60,458 bases of DNA from the IMG/VR virus record IMGVR_UViG_3300045988_036809. One strand, 5' to 3'. The notes under the pieces were generated by a model. The model was given only the letters and a program-made list of their open reading frames with translations. It searched no databases and was not told the origin of the DNA. Positions within the stretch are counted from its first letter, which is position 1. Each line of letters opens with the position of its first letter. Source of the DNA: a virus. Both the position numbers and the translations under genes were made by a program. This document shows, in pieces, positions 27,998 through 35,247 of the stretch.

Positions 27998-28591
27998 TTA
28001 TGCAGCGTGTTCTGACAAAATTCTGTCTAAAGTCGGTCTTGATACACCAATGTTCTTCGCAAATGCAGACTTGGTGATCTTACCGGACCGGTAAAGAATC
28101 AAATTGCTGTCAAGCAATTCACTATCTACAGCTTTCTTTGTGCCGCCCTTGTATTTCCCTTCTTTCTTTGCAATAGCGATTCCTTCTGCCTGTCTCTCTC
28201 TGATATGTTCTCGTTCGAGATTTGCAACATAAGAAAGAATCTGCAATACCAGATCAGCGATAAATGTATCTGTCAAGTCTCCGGTTCTTCCGATAGTCGT
28301 GTCAAGTAACGGCATATCAAGAACCTTAATGTCTGCTTTGATCGTCTTAGTAATTCTTCGCCATTCTTCCATGATCTCATCATAATCTCTTCCTAAACGA
28401 TCAATAGACAAGACAATTAAAACATCATCACTTGTTAAATTTGCAATCATAGTCTGATAATCTGGACGATCAAAATCCTTGCCAGATAACTTGTCTGTAT
28501 AGATTTTTTCACATCCAGCATTTTTAAGTGCTTCTAACTGTCTTGCAAGGTTCTGTTCCTTGGTTGACACTCTTGCATAGCCTATAATCAT
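27998..28591 (-). CDS. Small serine recombinase (resolvase/invertase family)
   Basis: MIIGYARVSTKEQNLARQ...VLSIDRLGRD catalytic domain plus C-terminal HTH (SAFAKNIGVSRPTLDRIL). Start set at MIIGYARV. Confidence 0.9.
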   Translation of the reverse strand: MIIGYARVSTKEQNLARQLEALKNAGCEKIYTDKLSGKDFDRPDYQTMIANLTSDDVLIVLSIDRLGRDYDEIMEEWRRITKTIKADIKVLDMPLLDTTIGRTGDLTDTFIADLVLQILSYVANLEREHIRERQAEGIAIAKKEGKYKGGTKKAVDSELLDSNLILYRSGKITKSAFAKNIGVSRPTLDRILSEHAA

Positions 28592-28643
28592 AAATACACA
28601 CCCCTTATCTTTAATTGATATGGGTATTATATCATAAAATGTA

Positions 28644-28690
28644 ATGCTTTGCAATGCTTTGCAGTGCTTTTTATTGCTTTGCATTGCAAT
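28644..28690. promoter_or_regulatory. Four to five tandem 10-bp repeats (ATGCTTTGCA) between divergent recombinase and RHH genes
   Basis: atgctttgca atgctttgca gtgcttttta ttgctttgca ttgcaat. Helical-phase repeats are typical of RHH operators. Confidence 0.55.
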
Positions 28691-28733
28691 ATTTATCCGT
28701 TTATGTTATATTATGCTTATGGAGGTGTAATAT

Positions 28734-28886
28734 ATGGCTAAAAAGCAAAAGCAAAACGATGCTCAAATAACAGTTCGTGTTCCAAGTGAATTACGTGTTG
28801 ATCTGGAAGCAATTGCAAAAAAGCAAGGTCGATCTCTTTCTAATCTCGTGATACACATTCTGAAATCTTATGTTGAAAATAATTAA
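28734..28886 (+). CDS. Ribbon-helix-helix (CopG/Arc-like) DNA-binding protein, 50 aa
   Basis: Below the ORF-track cutoff. GGAGGTG RBS. MAKKQKQNDAQITVRVPSELRVDLEAIAKKQGRSLSNLVIHILKSYVENN. Confidence 0.65.
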   Translation: MAKKQKQNDAQITVRVPSELRVDLEAIAKKQGRSLSNLVIHILKSYVENN

Positions 28887-28906
28887 GTCGCAAATCAGCG
28901 GCTTTT

Positions 28907-29161
28907 TTATTTTTCTGCTAATTCGATATATTTATCCAGATACCATTTTGCTTTTTTGATATCTTCAACGCCATTTTTGTTATTGTGACGGTAGATGTAC
29001 TTAAATGCGTTACAGATACAGAAGTCCATAACAGCTTCTTTCCCTTGTGTTTCAATCATTACATCAATGCACTCGAAGTTTCCTGTCTCATAATGCGAAG
29101 GATGATTGACATTATCTGTTACAGTTCTTGTTATTACTCCACATTCGCTCATCATATCCAC
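28907..29161 (-). CDS. DUF3310-family phage protein
   Basis: HPSHY...ECIDVMIE...NAFKYIYRHNNKNG..DIKKAKWYLDKYIE. Confidence 0.7.
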   Translation of the reverse strand: MDMMSECGVITRTVTDNVNHPSHYETGNFECIDVMIETQGKEAVMDFCICNAFKYIYRHNNKNGVEDIKKAKWYLDKYIELAEK

Positions 29162-29385
29162 CTCTTAACTATACGTATTGCGTATACGTGAGATAAAATC
29201 CACTTTGCAATCGTTGATACCGGGTTTCCGTCGTATTCTTGCCTTGAGTACAAAGACACCAGATAAATTCGATCTGTGATTCTGCACACCTTATATCCTG
29301 TAGAACGGAGCCGGTGTATGTCTCGATACGTTATCATGCTTCTTCTACCTCGTCTTTTTATTTTTTGAAAATTTTTAGAAATCAA
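29152..29385 (-). CDS. Hypothetical protein
   Basis: ORF only. Start uncertain. Confidence 0.25.
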   Translation of the reverse strand: MISKNFQKIKRRGRRSMITYRDIHRLRSTGYKVCRITDRIYLVSLYSRQEYDGNPVSTIAKWILSHVYAIRIVKRWI

Positions 29386-29685
29386 AATGCTGTTCCGTAG
29401 CCTTCATTCATGGTTATTCACTCCTTTTACGTTGCCTGTAAAACCCTTATATATAACAATCATATATGTATTACGTTTATATAATTTAATTATTTATTAT
29501 ATGTGTAATGGTTCTATATATTTATATTATATATAATAGGGCTTTTTGTTTTGAAAAATGTTTGGGGTGCTTAGTAGGGGCATTTCCCGGGTCCTGTCAA
29601 ACCCCCACCCCCTGTTGGAGCTGATCCGCTGCGCCTGATCCATTGTCATTTTGCACAAATAAAACCGAATATTTGAATGTAAAAA

Positions 29686-30336
29686 CTAAGTACACTCTGT
29701 TTTTACATTGTCAATCACTATATCTTGTGGTTTTGCTTCTATCTGTGCTATATCTTGTAGTTGCTTGCCTAACTGCGGAAGATCAGCAGCGGTTAAGGCT
29801 TGTTTCGTGTCGGCTCTGTCTCTCGCTCCTGGCATACTCCAGCCATGGACCTTGTTCAGCTTCGGAAGTATCTTCATCGGGTTATTGCGCCGGTCTTTCA
29901 TGAGCGAAAAAAGGCTTTCTTCGTTGTCTTCCATGATTTTTTCTTGCAAGTCGAAACTTGAAGAGCTTGGCGCCTTCCAATTATACAGAGTTTGCTTATC
30001 TATCCCAGACATATCTATAAATCCTTTTTGTGATATCTCTTGACAATGTTTATTGCATAATCTTTTATATATATTATTATATATATACAATACTTTATCT
30101 ACATCATATTGATTATACATATTACTATCTGTCTTTAATAATCTATTACACGGTCTAAATAATTTAATATATAATTCTGTGATAATGTCATTCCAAATAC
30201 TTGGATATATATCTGATTCATCTACACTATTTACATCACAATATTTGGATACTATGTCAGAAGCGACCGCTGGCATATCCTCAACGCATGTAATCGCCTG
30301 CGCATATTCGCTTTCCTGCTCCTTGATCTTCGCCAT
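29686..30336 (-). CDS. Small-terminase-like HTH protein (tentative)
   Basis: GFIDMSGIDKQTLYNWK HTH and C-terminal RRNNPMKILPKLNKVHGW resemble TerS families. Isolated ~6 kb from terL and flanked by AT-rich DNA. Start at MAKIKEQ behind GGAAGGGAG. Confidence 0.35.
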   Translation of the reverse strand: MAKIKEQESEYAQAITCVEDMPAVASDIVSKYCDVNSVDESDIYPSIWNDIITELYIKLFRPCNRLLKTDSNMYNQYDVDKVLYIYNNIYKRLCNKHCQEISQKGFIDMSGIDKQTLYNWKAPSSSSFDLQEKIMEDNEESLFSLMKDRRNNPMKILPKLNKVHGWSMPGARDRADTKQALTAADLPQLGKQLQDIAQIEAKPQDIVIDNVKTECT

Positions 30337-30758
30337 GTTCGCGTCTCCCTTCCTGATCTCCGGCAAATAAAAAAGCCGGCTAGAAATAAATCTAACCGGC
30401 GAAAATTTCCTATTTGCGCCCTCTTGCCTTGGCTTGGCTGCTTATGTACTCCGGGCGCATCTGTACATAGCAGATATACAAGCTTTATAAATTGGCTATA
30501 CTATACCACTATATCAAGTATATGTCAATGATTTATACCATTATAGGCTCTATATCTTGTATATATGGCTTTTATATGTCTATCAGGCATATATTTATAT
30601 ATAAACAAAAAGCGACTATGGAAGCCGCTTTCCTGTCATGTATAACATACCAAGAATAATATAAAAGGGAACTATAGCCCTTTACCTTTAATATAAAACG
30701 TGTATATTATAGAACTATATAATATATATTGTCAATACGATATATTATAATTTAATTA

Positions 30759-30787
30759 TTGACAAATAAATAATATAAGGGTATATT
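30759..30787 (+). promoter_or_regulatory. Sigma-70-type promoter (TTGACA-17 nt-TATATT)
   Basis: Read directly. Faces the repeat array at 30797..30910. Confidence 0.5.
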
Positions 30788-30796
30788 ATAAGCACG

Positions 30797-30910
30797 ATAT
30801 AACCATATTGGAATGTTGAATAAATCTATTCAATTTATCAACCAATATAACCATATTGGAATGTCAAATAAATTATTTATATTTATTTGCACAATTTAAC
30901 CACATTGGAG
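30797..30910 (+). repeat. Three direct repeats (29 nt, period 48-49 nt) of ATATAACCATATTGGAATGT(T/C)(G/A)AATAAAT
   Basis: Copies at 30797-30825 and 30845-30873 differ at 2 nt. A third partial copy TTAACCACATTGGAG lies at 30896-30910. Spacers are 19-22 nt. Confidence 0.85.
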
Positions 30911-30945
30911 CCGGCGCCTATTAATAGGCGCCGGTTATTCTTTCA
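30911..30945 (+). terminator. 24-nt perfect palindrome CCGGCGCCTATTAATAGGCGCCGG + T-rich tail
   Basis: Read directly. Overlaps the stop codon of 30921..31247. Confidence 0.6.
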
Positions 30946-31247
30946 TACATAAAATTAGTTAGCCTGTTGTCAAATTCTCCGCTGTTTATCATGTCGCACG
31001 CTTCCGCCTGCGTTCCAAAATGTCCAATAACTGTTCCGTCTCCACTGCATCCCATGGTGCATTTCTCCCCGTCCGCGTTGATATATGTATGCGCATAACA
31101 CCACAGCGCATACCTTGCACCCGGAAAAGTCATTTGCTGCATCCCTCCATCAACATAGTCATAGTCCTTTATAGCTAGCCTTGAGCCTGTTCTCTTCTCT
31201 AAATCTTTTACCGCTTTTTCTAATCTTTTAATCATAAATACCGCCAC
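30921..31247 (-). CDS. Hypothetical protein
   Basis: ORF only. Confidence 0.45.
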   Translation of the reverse strand: MAVFMIKRLEKAVKDLEKRTGSRLAIKDYDYVDGGMQQMTFPGARYALWCYAHTYINADGEKCTMGCSGDGTVIGHFGTQAEACDMINSGEFDNRLTNFMYERITGAY

Positions 31248-31250
31248 TTT

Positions 31251-31484
31251 CTAATCTTCACAATAACTTTTTACAACTTCTTCCACTTCTTCAGAAGTGA
31301 AGCAACCACCGAATACATCCGCCATATTATTGATATCTGTCTGACTGATCTGCTCGCGTGCTTTGTCGCTCAGCTTCAACCCGTCCAGATAATCAGCAAC
31401 GGCTTTGTTGAGTTTCCGGAGCTGATCGCCGCCCCTTCTCGTGATCTCGTCGATCTGGTCCATCGTCATTTCTTCGTATTTCAT
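31251..31484 (-). CDS. Hypothetical protein
   Basis: Start at MKYEEM behind GGAGGGTGG. Confidence 0.45.
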   Translation of the reverse strand: MKYEEMTMDQIDEITRRGGDQLRKLNKAVADYLDGLKLSDKAREQISQTDINNMADVFGGCFTSEEVEEVVKSYCED

Positions 31485-31580
31485 AATTACCACCCTCCAG
31501 CCGTTCGGCTGCCTTTCGTTTTTGTTTGGTCTTATAATACCGCTTGTTTGTCACTTTGTCAAGTGATATTCCAAAAAATA

Positions 31581-31817
31581 TTAAAGCTTTTCTTTCTGCT
31601 CCTTTTCTTCGTCTGTCTCTTCATATATAAGTAGATCTTTGGGCTGCATGTCTAAGATCATGCACAAGCTATTGATTGCCTTTAGCGATATGTTTGTATC
31701 TTCCTTCTTGATCTTCTTTAGCGTGTCTTGGCTTAGTATTCCGCTTGTTTTTGCCTTGTAAGAAGTGAACCCGGCACGATCCAGCGCATCGCCTACATTA
31801 AATTTATATTTGAGCAT
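31581..31817 (-). CDS. XRE-family HTH regulator (second switch)
   Basis: MLKYKFNVGDALDRAGFTSYKAKTSGILSQDTLKKIKK..ISLKAINSLCMILDMQPKDLL. GGAGGG RBS. Divergent from the plus-strand operon. Confidence 0.7.
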   Translation of the reverse strand: MLKYKFNVGDALDRAGFTSYKAKTSGILSQDTLKKIKKEDTNISLKAINSLCMILDMQPKDLLIYEETDEEKEQKEKL

Positions 31818-31917
31818 CTTATACCCTCCTTCCGTGATTATTTGCTTGTTTTCTATATTATAATATGGTGGCGAAAAAGTCAAGAAAAAATATAACTAAA
31901 AAAAGTTATAAAAACGC

Positions 31918-31946
31918 TTGACTATCACTTTTGAAAGTGATATAGT
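31918..31946 (+). promoter_or_regulatory. Consensus promoter TTGACT-17-TATAGT with an 18-bp palindromic operator filling the spacer
   Basis: ATCACTTTTGAAAGTGAT at 31924-31941 lies between the -35 and -10 elements. Confidence 0.65.
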
Positions 31947-31994
31947 AAAACCAAGTTAAGAAACCAAGCACCAAACGAAAGGAAGGAATCAAAT

Positions 31995-32108
31995 ATGAAA
32001 AATTACAAGATCACAGACAAAGCGACTAAGACAATAATTGGAGTTGTAGCAATGACACCAGATCAGGCGCGCAGAGCTGAAAAGGATTTCATAGTTAAGG
32101 AGGCATAA
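31995..32108 (+). CDS. Micro-ORF, 37 aa
   Basis: AAAGGAAGGA RBS. MKNYKITDKATKTIIGVVAMTPDQARRAEKDFIVKEA. Below the ORF-track cutoff. Confidence 0.45.
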   Translation: MKNYKITDKATKTIIGVVAMTPDQARRAEKDFIVKEA

Positions 32109-32111
32109 GAC

Positions 32112-32240
32112 ATGGAAAGATCTATTTTAGAAAATATGGTATTTGCTTTCATGGTCGGAGAATTAGGAATTGAACCGATCACAGCAAGAAAAGAAGTTGA
32201 AAAAATGACGGATGAACAGTTAGAAAAATTTATTGATTAG
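32112..32240 (+). CDS. Micro-ORF, 42 aa
   Basis: AAGGAGG RBS. MERSILENMVFAFMVGELGIEPITARKEVEKMTDEQLEKFID. Confidence 0.5.
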   Translation: MERSILENMVFAFMVGELGIEPITARKEVEKMTDEQLEKFID

Positions 32241-32300
32241 CCGAAACGCTCCGATCTTGGAGCGTCCACCGCGGGACGGTCTCCCGGTGCTGATGATGGC
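32240..32300 (+). ncRNA. Hammerhead-like ribozyme motif HH1 (type II topology)
   Basis: CGAAAC + stem III GCTCC-GATCTT-GGAGC + GUC (cleavage after 32266) + stem I CACCG(CG)GGA-CGGTC-TCCCGGTG + CUGAUGA (32290-32296). Open stem II is only ~3 bp, with an extra U. Confidence 0.6.
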
Positions 32301-32320
32301 AGACCAGAAAGGAAAAAAAT

Positions 32321-32473
32321 ATGAAATACACAATCAAGATCAGTGGAAAACAGTATAACGACAATTACACATATGACACACAGAATGACGGTGACTTCTT
32401 CGGAGAGATCAAGGAGATCATCGAAGAGATCGAAAAGGGAAATATTGATACCTTGGAATTATCAAAAAATTAG
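32321..32473 (+). CDS. Micro-ORF, 50 aa
   Basis: AAAGGA RBS. MKYTIKISGKQYNDNYTYDTQNDGDFFGEIKEIIEEIEKGNIDTLELSKN. Confidence 0.5.
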   Translation: MKYTIKISGKQYNDNYTYDTQNDGDFFGEIKEIIEEIEKGNIDTLELSKN

Positions 32474-32533
32474 TGTCGAAACCGCCCGCGTGGCGGTCTT
32501 GCATAGGCTGGCAACCTTGCAACTGATGAGACA
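32474..32533 (+). ncRNA. Hammerhead-like ribozyme motif HH2 (type II topology, full consensus core)
   Basis: UGUC-GAAAC + stem III CCGCC-CGCGU-GGCGG + UC (cleavage after 32498) + stem I UUGCA..UGCAA + CUGAUGAG-ACA (32523-32533). Stem II GACA/UGUC is 4 bp. Confidence 0.7.
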
Positions 32534-32580
32534 AGCCGGATAAACGAAAGCGAGGTTTTGAACTTGGAACAAGTGAAATA

Positions 32581-32639
32581 GTCGAAACGGTGGAACGTTC
32601 CACCGTCTGCAGGAACTGCCCCACCTGCACCGATGAGAC
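32581..32639 (+). ncRNA. Hammerhead-like motif HH3 (core variant CCGAUGAG, U4 to C)
   Basis: GUC-GAAAC + stem III CGGUGG..CCACCG + UC (cleavage after 32607) + stem I UGCAGG-10 nt-CCUGCA + CCGAUGAG-AC. Confidence 0.5.
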
Positions 32640-32657
32640 AGGGCGAACAATGAAAGG

Positions 32658-32924
32658 ATGGTTGATTTTATGAGAATTGAAACAGAAGAACAAAAGAAAA
32701 GTAGAATTTTCGAGCATTACAAGCAGTATATAAAAAAGCCGGTAAATAAAGGCGGATGTATTCGGTTTATAGTGATTGAATATATAGTTAGGCTTACGGA
32801 TATTGACCCGTTCAAAATGGCCGCAGAACTAAAAAAAGATGGATATATCATTGCTTTTGATGATTCTAGCATATCCGAGCGCGAAAACGAACGGAAAAGA
32901 AAAGCAGTTGAAAAAATCGCATAA
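32658..32924 (+). CDS. Hypothetical protein, 84-88 aa
   Basis: ORF track. Alternative ATG at 32670. Confidence 0.5.
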   Translation: MVDFMRIETEEQKKSRIFEHYKQYIKKPVNKGGCIRFIVIEYIVRLTDIDPFKMAAELKKDGYIIAFDDSSISERENERKRKAVEKIA

Positions 32925-32925
32925 T

Positions 32926-32976
32926 AGGCAAGTGCAAACGGTGCAACGTTCCGGGGTTCGATTCCCCGGCTTGCTT
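32926..32976 (+). ncRNA. tRNA-like minihelix (acceptor stem + T arm only)
   Basis: AGGCAAG/CTTGCTT acceptor-like stem, TGCA-AACGG-TGCA hairpin, CCGGGG-TTCGATT-CCCCGG T arm. Shares AAACGGTG-AACGTTCC with HH3. Confidence 0.45.
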
Positions 32977-33016
32977 TTACCCGGAAGGGAATAAATAAAA
33001 GAGAGGTAAAAACATT

Positions 33017-33190
33017 ATGAACAGATTAGAAGAAGCGAAAAAGGCATTTTTAGAAGTTAGAAGCATTTTGACAGAAAAACATGAAGACTTTGCGCTTGCA
33101 AAAGCATATAAAAAGCCTTGGAAGTGGTACAGGGAACACACAACACAAGAAGCTATTGAGATTTTAAGAGCAGAAGTAAAAGCAAATTAA
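33017..33190 (+). CDS. Micro-ORF, 57 aa
   Basis: MNRLEEAKKAFLEVRSILTEKHEDFALAKAYKKPWKWYREHTTQEAIEILRAEVKAN. Followed by a terminator. Confidence 0.5.
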   Translation: MNRLEEAKKAFLEVRSILTEKHEDFALAKAYKKPWKWYREHTTQEAIEILRAEVKAN

Positions 33191-33236
33191 CCGCCGCAGA
33201 GGATGCACGCCGGAGCGATACCGGCGGCGGTTTTTC
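33191..33236 (+). terminator. Intrinsic terminator
   Basis: CCGCCGC...GCGGCGG stem (with inner CCGG hairpin), then TTTTT. Confidence 0.7.
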
Positions 33237-33279
33237 GCTCTTTTTGGGCGTATTATATTAAGATAAAGGGGGCTTTATT

Positions 33280-33447
33280 ATGAAATGCGATAAATTGCTA
33301 CAGGAAGCAAACAAGCAATACAAGGATATTATAGCATCCTTGGATGCTTTGAAACGCGGAGAAATAAGCGGAAGCAAAGCAAACGCGGACATCATGCGCG
33401 CATTTGATCGGGTTGATGAATCAATAAAAGAATATGAAAAGCAATAG
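33280..33447 (+). CDS. Micro-ORF, 55 aa
   Basis: AAAGGGGG RBS. MKCDKLLQEANKQYKDIIASLDALKRGEISGSKANADIMRAFDRVDESIKEYEKQ. Confidence 0.5.
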   Translation: MKCDKLLQEANKQYKDIIASLDALKRGEISGSKANADIMRAFDRVDESIKEYEKQ

Positions 33448-33639
33448 CCGGGATTTTTTCGGCTTCTTTTCGTACCTTGACAATTTGACGATATAGGCAT
33501 ATTATAGCCTTAATTATATCCATAAGTGTATTTATATGCCTTGTATGGTTCGCGTGGCTCTGTGGGCGTTCTACGCGTTCACAGGTGCAAATATTCGCTT
33601 GTTATAGCCTTTAATTTGTGCGCTTTGAAATTCTGCAAC

Positions 33640-33870
33640 CACGCCCGGACAAGATCAGCAAGACAGACACCCGGAGAAGTGCGCCCGGATTCCATCGCCG
33701 GAGCATGTCGGAAGATCAGGACACCCAAACCGGCGCAGCGGTATATCTGGAATTTTTGCAATATGCCAGCGATCCGCAAAAGATCAGCGCAAACGATCAG
33801 CACGAGCCCGGACAGGCCCCGGAAGAAATCGCCCAAGATCAGCCGACCGGTGGAGATCAAAAAACAGGCA
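33640..33870. other. GC-rich, GATC-dense non-coding island
   Basis: 7 GATC sites in 206 bp (33653-33858), mostly as AAGATCAG. Three overlapping ORFs in different frames have no coding signature. Confidence 0.7.
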
Positions 33871-33925
33871 TTGAAATTGTGAAATCGTGAAATTTCCGAC
33901 CAAAATCTGTGAAAAAATTTTTTGA

Positions 33926-34079
33926 TGGTCGTGGGAATATTTAGGAAACATAGGGGCGTTCAAATTCTGCCGGACTAAAATTTAGAAAATCGAAATTTTT
34001 TTGAAAAAATTCTGAAAATTATTTTTCTTTGGTCGTGGCAATTTCTAATAACATAGGGAGATATTAAATTCTCGTAGAC
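33926..34079. repeat. Two ~50-nt imperfect direct repeats (about 70% identity, period 104 nt)
   Basis: TGGTCGTGG-AAT..CATAGGG..AAATTCT..GAC at 33926-33975 and 34030-34079. Each is preceded by a T-rich run. Confidence 0.8.
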
Positions 34080-34219
34080 CCATCTGACACATTTTGAAAT
34101 CCAAATATCAAAGATTTTGCAGAATAATCGCATTTCCCCAACTCTTCTATCAACTTATCGCGTGTCATTTCCGGGTTTGTCCGTTGCACATATTTAAGAA
34201 TTTCATCTATCTTATCCAT
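34064..34219 (-). CDS. Small hypothetical protein, 51 aa
   Basis: ATG overlaps the stop of 34212..34553 by 8 nt. MDKIDEILKYVQRTNPEMTRDKLIEELGKCDYSAKSLIFGFQNVSDGSTRI. Confidence 0.35.
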   Translation of the reverse strand: MDKIDEILKYVQRTNPEMTRDKLIEELGKCDYSAKSLIFGFQNVSDGSTRI

Positions 34220-34553
34220 ATCTTTTCTCCATAAAATTACTCATAATACTATCGGCAAGGTATATAATATCTCTACCATAAAGAGACATAAAATCAGCGA
34301 TTATCTCTTCTGTCGGCATATCAATATGGCAATCATAAGAGAACGAATAGCAATGCACTAATTCATGGCAAAGCACCTTGTTTGTCATATAATCAGACAT
34401 ACCTCTTGCAATGCTAACCTTCTTGGTATTATTGTCGGTAACGCCCAACGTATATACGCCATCAGATCGCCGCAATTTTTCGCTATTCGGACGTACAAAT
34501 TGCAATATCCAATTTCCCCCATTTATTGTGAATACCATTTCTATATACCTCAA
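34212..34553 (-). CDS. Small HExxH metallopeptidase-like protein (ImmA/IrrE- or SprT-like)
   Basis: VLCHELVHCYSF motif in 113 aa. Confidence 0.5.
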   Translation of the reverse strand: MRYIEMVFTINGGNWILQFVRPNSEKLRRSDGVYTLGVTDNNTKKVSIARGMSDYMTNKVLCHELVHCYSFSYDCHIDMPTEEIIADFMSLYGRDIIYLADSIMSNFMEKRYG

Positions 34554-34593
34554 ATAAGGCTATGAGCGTTACACCCATAGCCTGTTGTGTAAA

Positions 34594-35235
34594 TTACATC
34601 TTGCTTACAAGTGTCGTAAGTTTTGACTTCGCCATGTTCATTTCTTCCTGTGACATACCGGACATCAAATCTGTAATGTCTGCTGAAAGCTCCTTCATGT
34701 ACTTTTCAAGCTCACGCATCTTTGCTTCCTTGTCCTGTGGCGTATTTGCGCGGTGCATTTCTTTTGTTTCCGTGTAATTACGTTTTGCGCGGTCGTAATT
34801 ACTCTCGCTCATGCGCGAATTACTTGTTCCACCATCGTTCATGTTTGTTTCCGTGTAATACATTCTGCCACGCGAATCTCTATCCATATCACGATACATT
34901 TCCGGTGTCATGTGGTAATACGGCTCACTATACCCACGCTGATACGTTCCACGTCCTTTCGGTGCGAATCTTCCATCTGCATATCTATAGTGATCGTAGA
35001 ATCTGCGTTCCGGATAATCTTCGTACTGTTCAAGCATACGCATAATATCCTCATTATCTTCTGACTTTTTCATTGCTTCCACAATTTTGTAGTCTTTGTC
35101 ATAGCAGACAATGTTCTTTGCAATCTCCGTCCAATCCTTTAAGTCGTCAAGGCTTTGACCGCTGAAATTGTCAAGACCGATAGATTCAGCGTTCGTTTTT
35201 ACGCATTCCATAATTTTCTTTGCAAACTCATGCAT
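34594..35235 (-). CDS. Hypothetical protein, Tyr/Arg/Asp/Met-rich centre
   Basis: Start at MHEFAKK behind AGGAGGTG. No recognised domain. Confidence 0.5.
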   Translation of the reverse strand: MHEFAKKIMECVKTNAESIGLDNFSGQSLDDLKDWTEIAKNIVCYDKDYKIVEAMKKSEDNEDIMRMLEQYEDYPERRFYDHYRYADGRFAPKGRGTYQRGYSEPYYHMTPEMYRDMDRDSRGRMYYTETNMNDGGTSNSRMSESNYDRAKRNYTETKEMHRANTPQDKEAKMRELEKYMKELSADITDLMSGMSQEEMNMAKSKLTTLVSKM

Positions 35236-35247
35236 ACAGATCACCTC

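Noticed and set aside
26825-28077. ORFs 26825..27061, 27683..27898 and 27895..28077
   Set aside because: They run through tRNA-Gln and the tRNA-like helices, have no RBS and have odd composition. The RNA interpretation explains the region better.
29488-30759. 15-nt direct repeat TATAATTTAATTATT flanking the TerS-like gene as att or excision sites
   Set aside because: Both copies lie in pure A/T DNA, where a 15-mer match is expected by chance at roughly order one. Not used as evidence.
33526-33890. Three overlapping ORFs (118, 93 and 90 aa) in the GC-rich island
   Set aside because: They overlap one another on both strands, have no RBS and show Arg/Pro/Gly-rich composition typical of stop-poor GC-rich DNA. 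Treated as non-coding.
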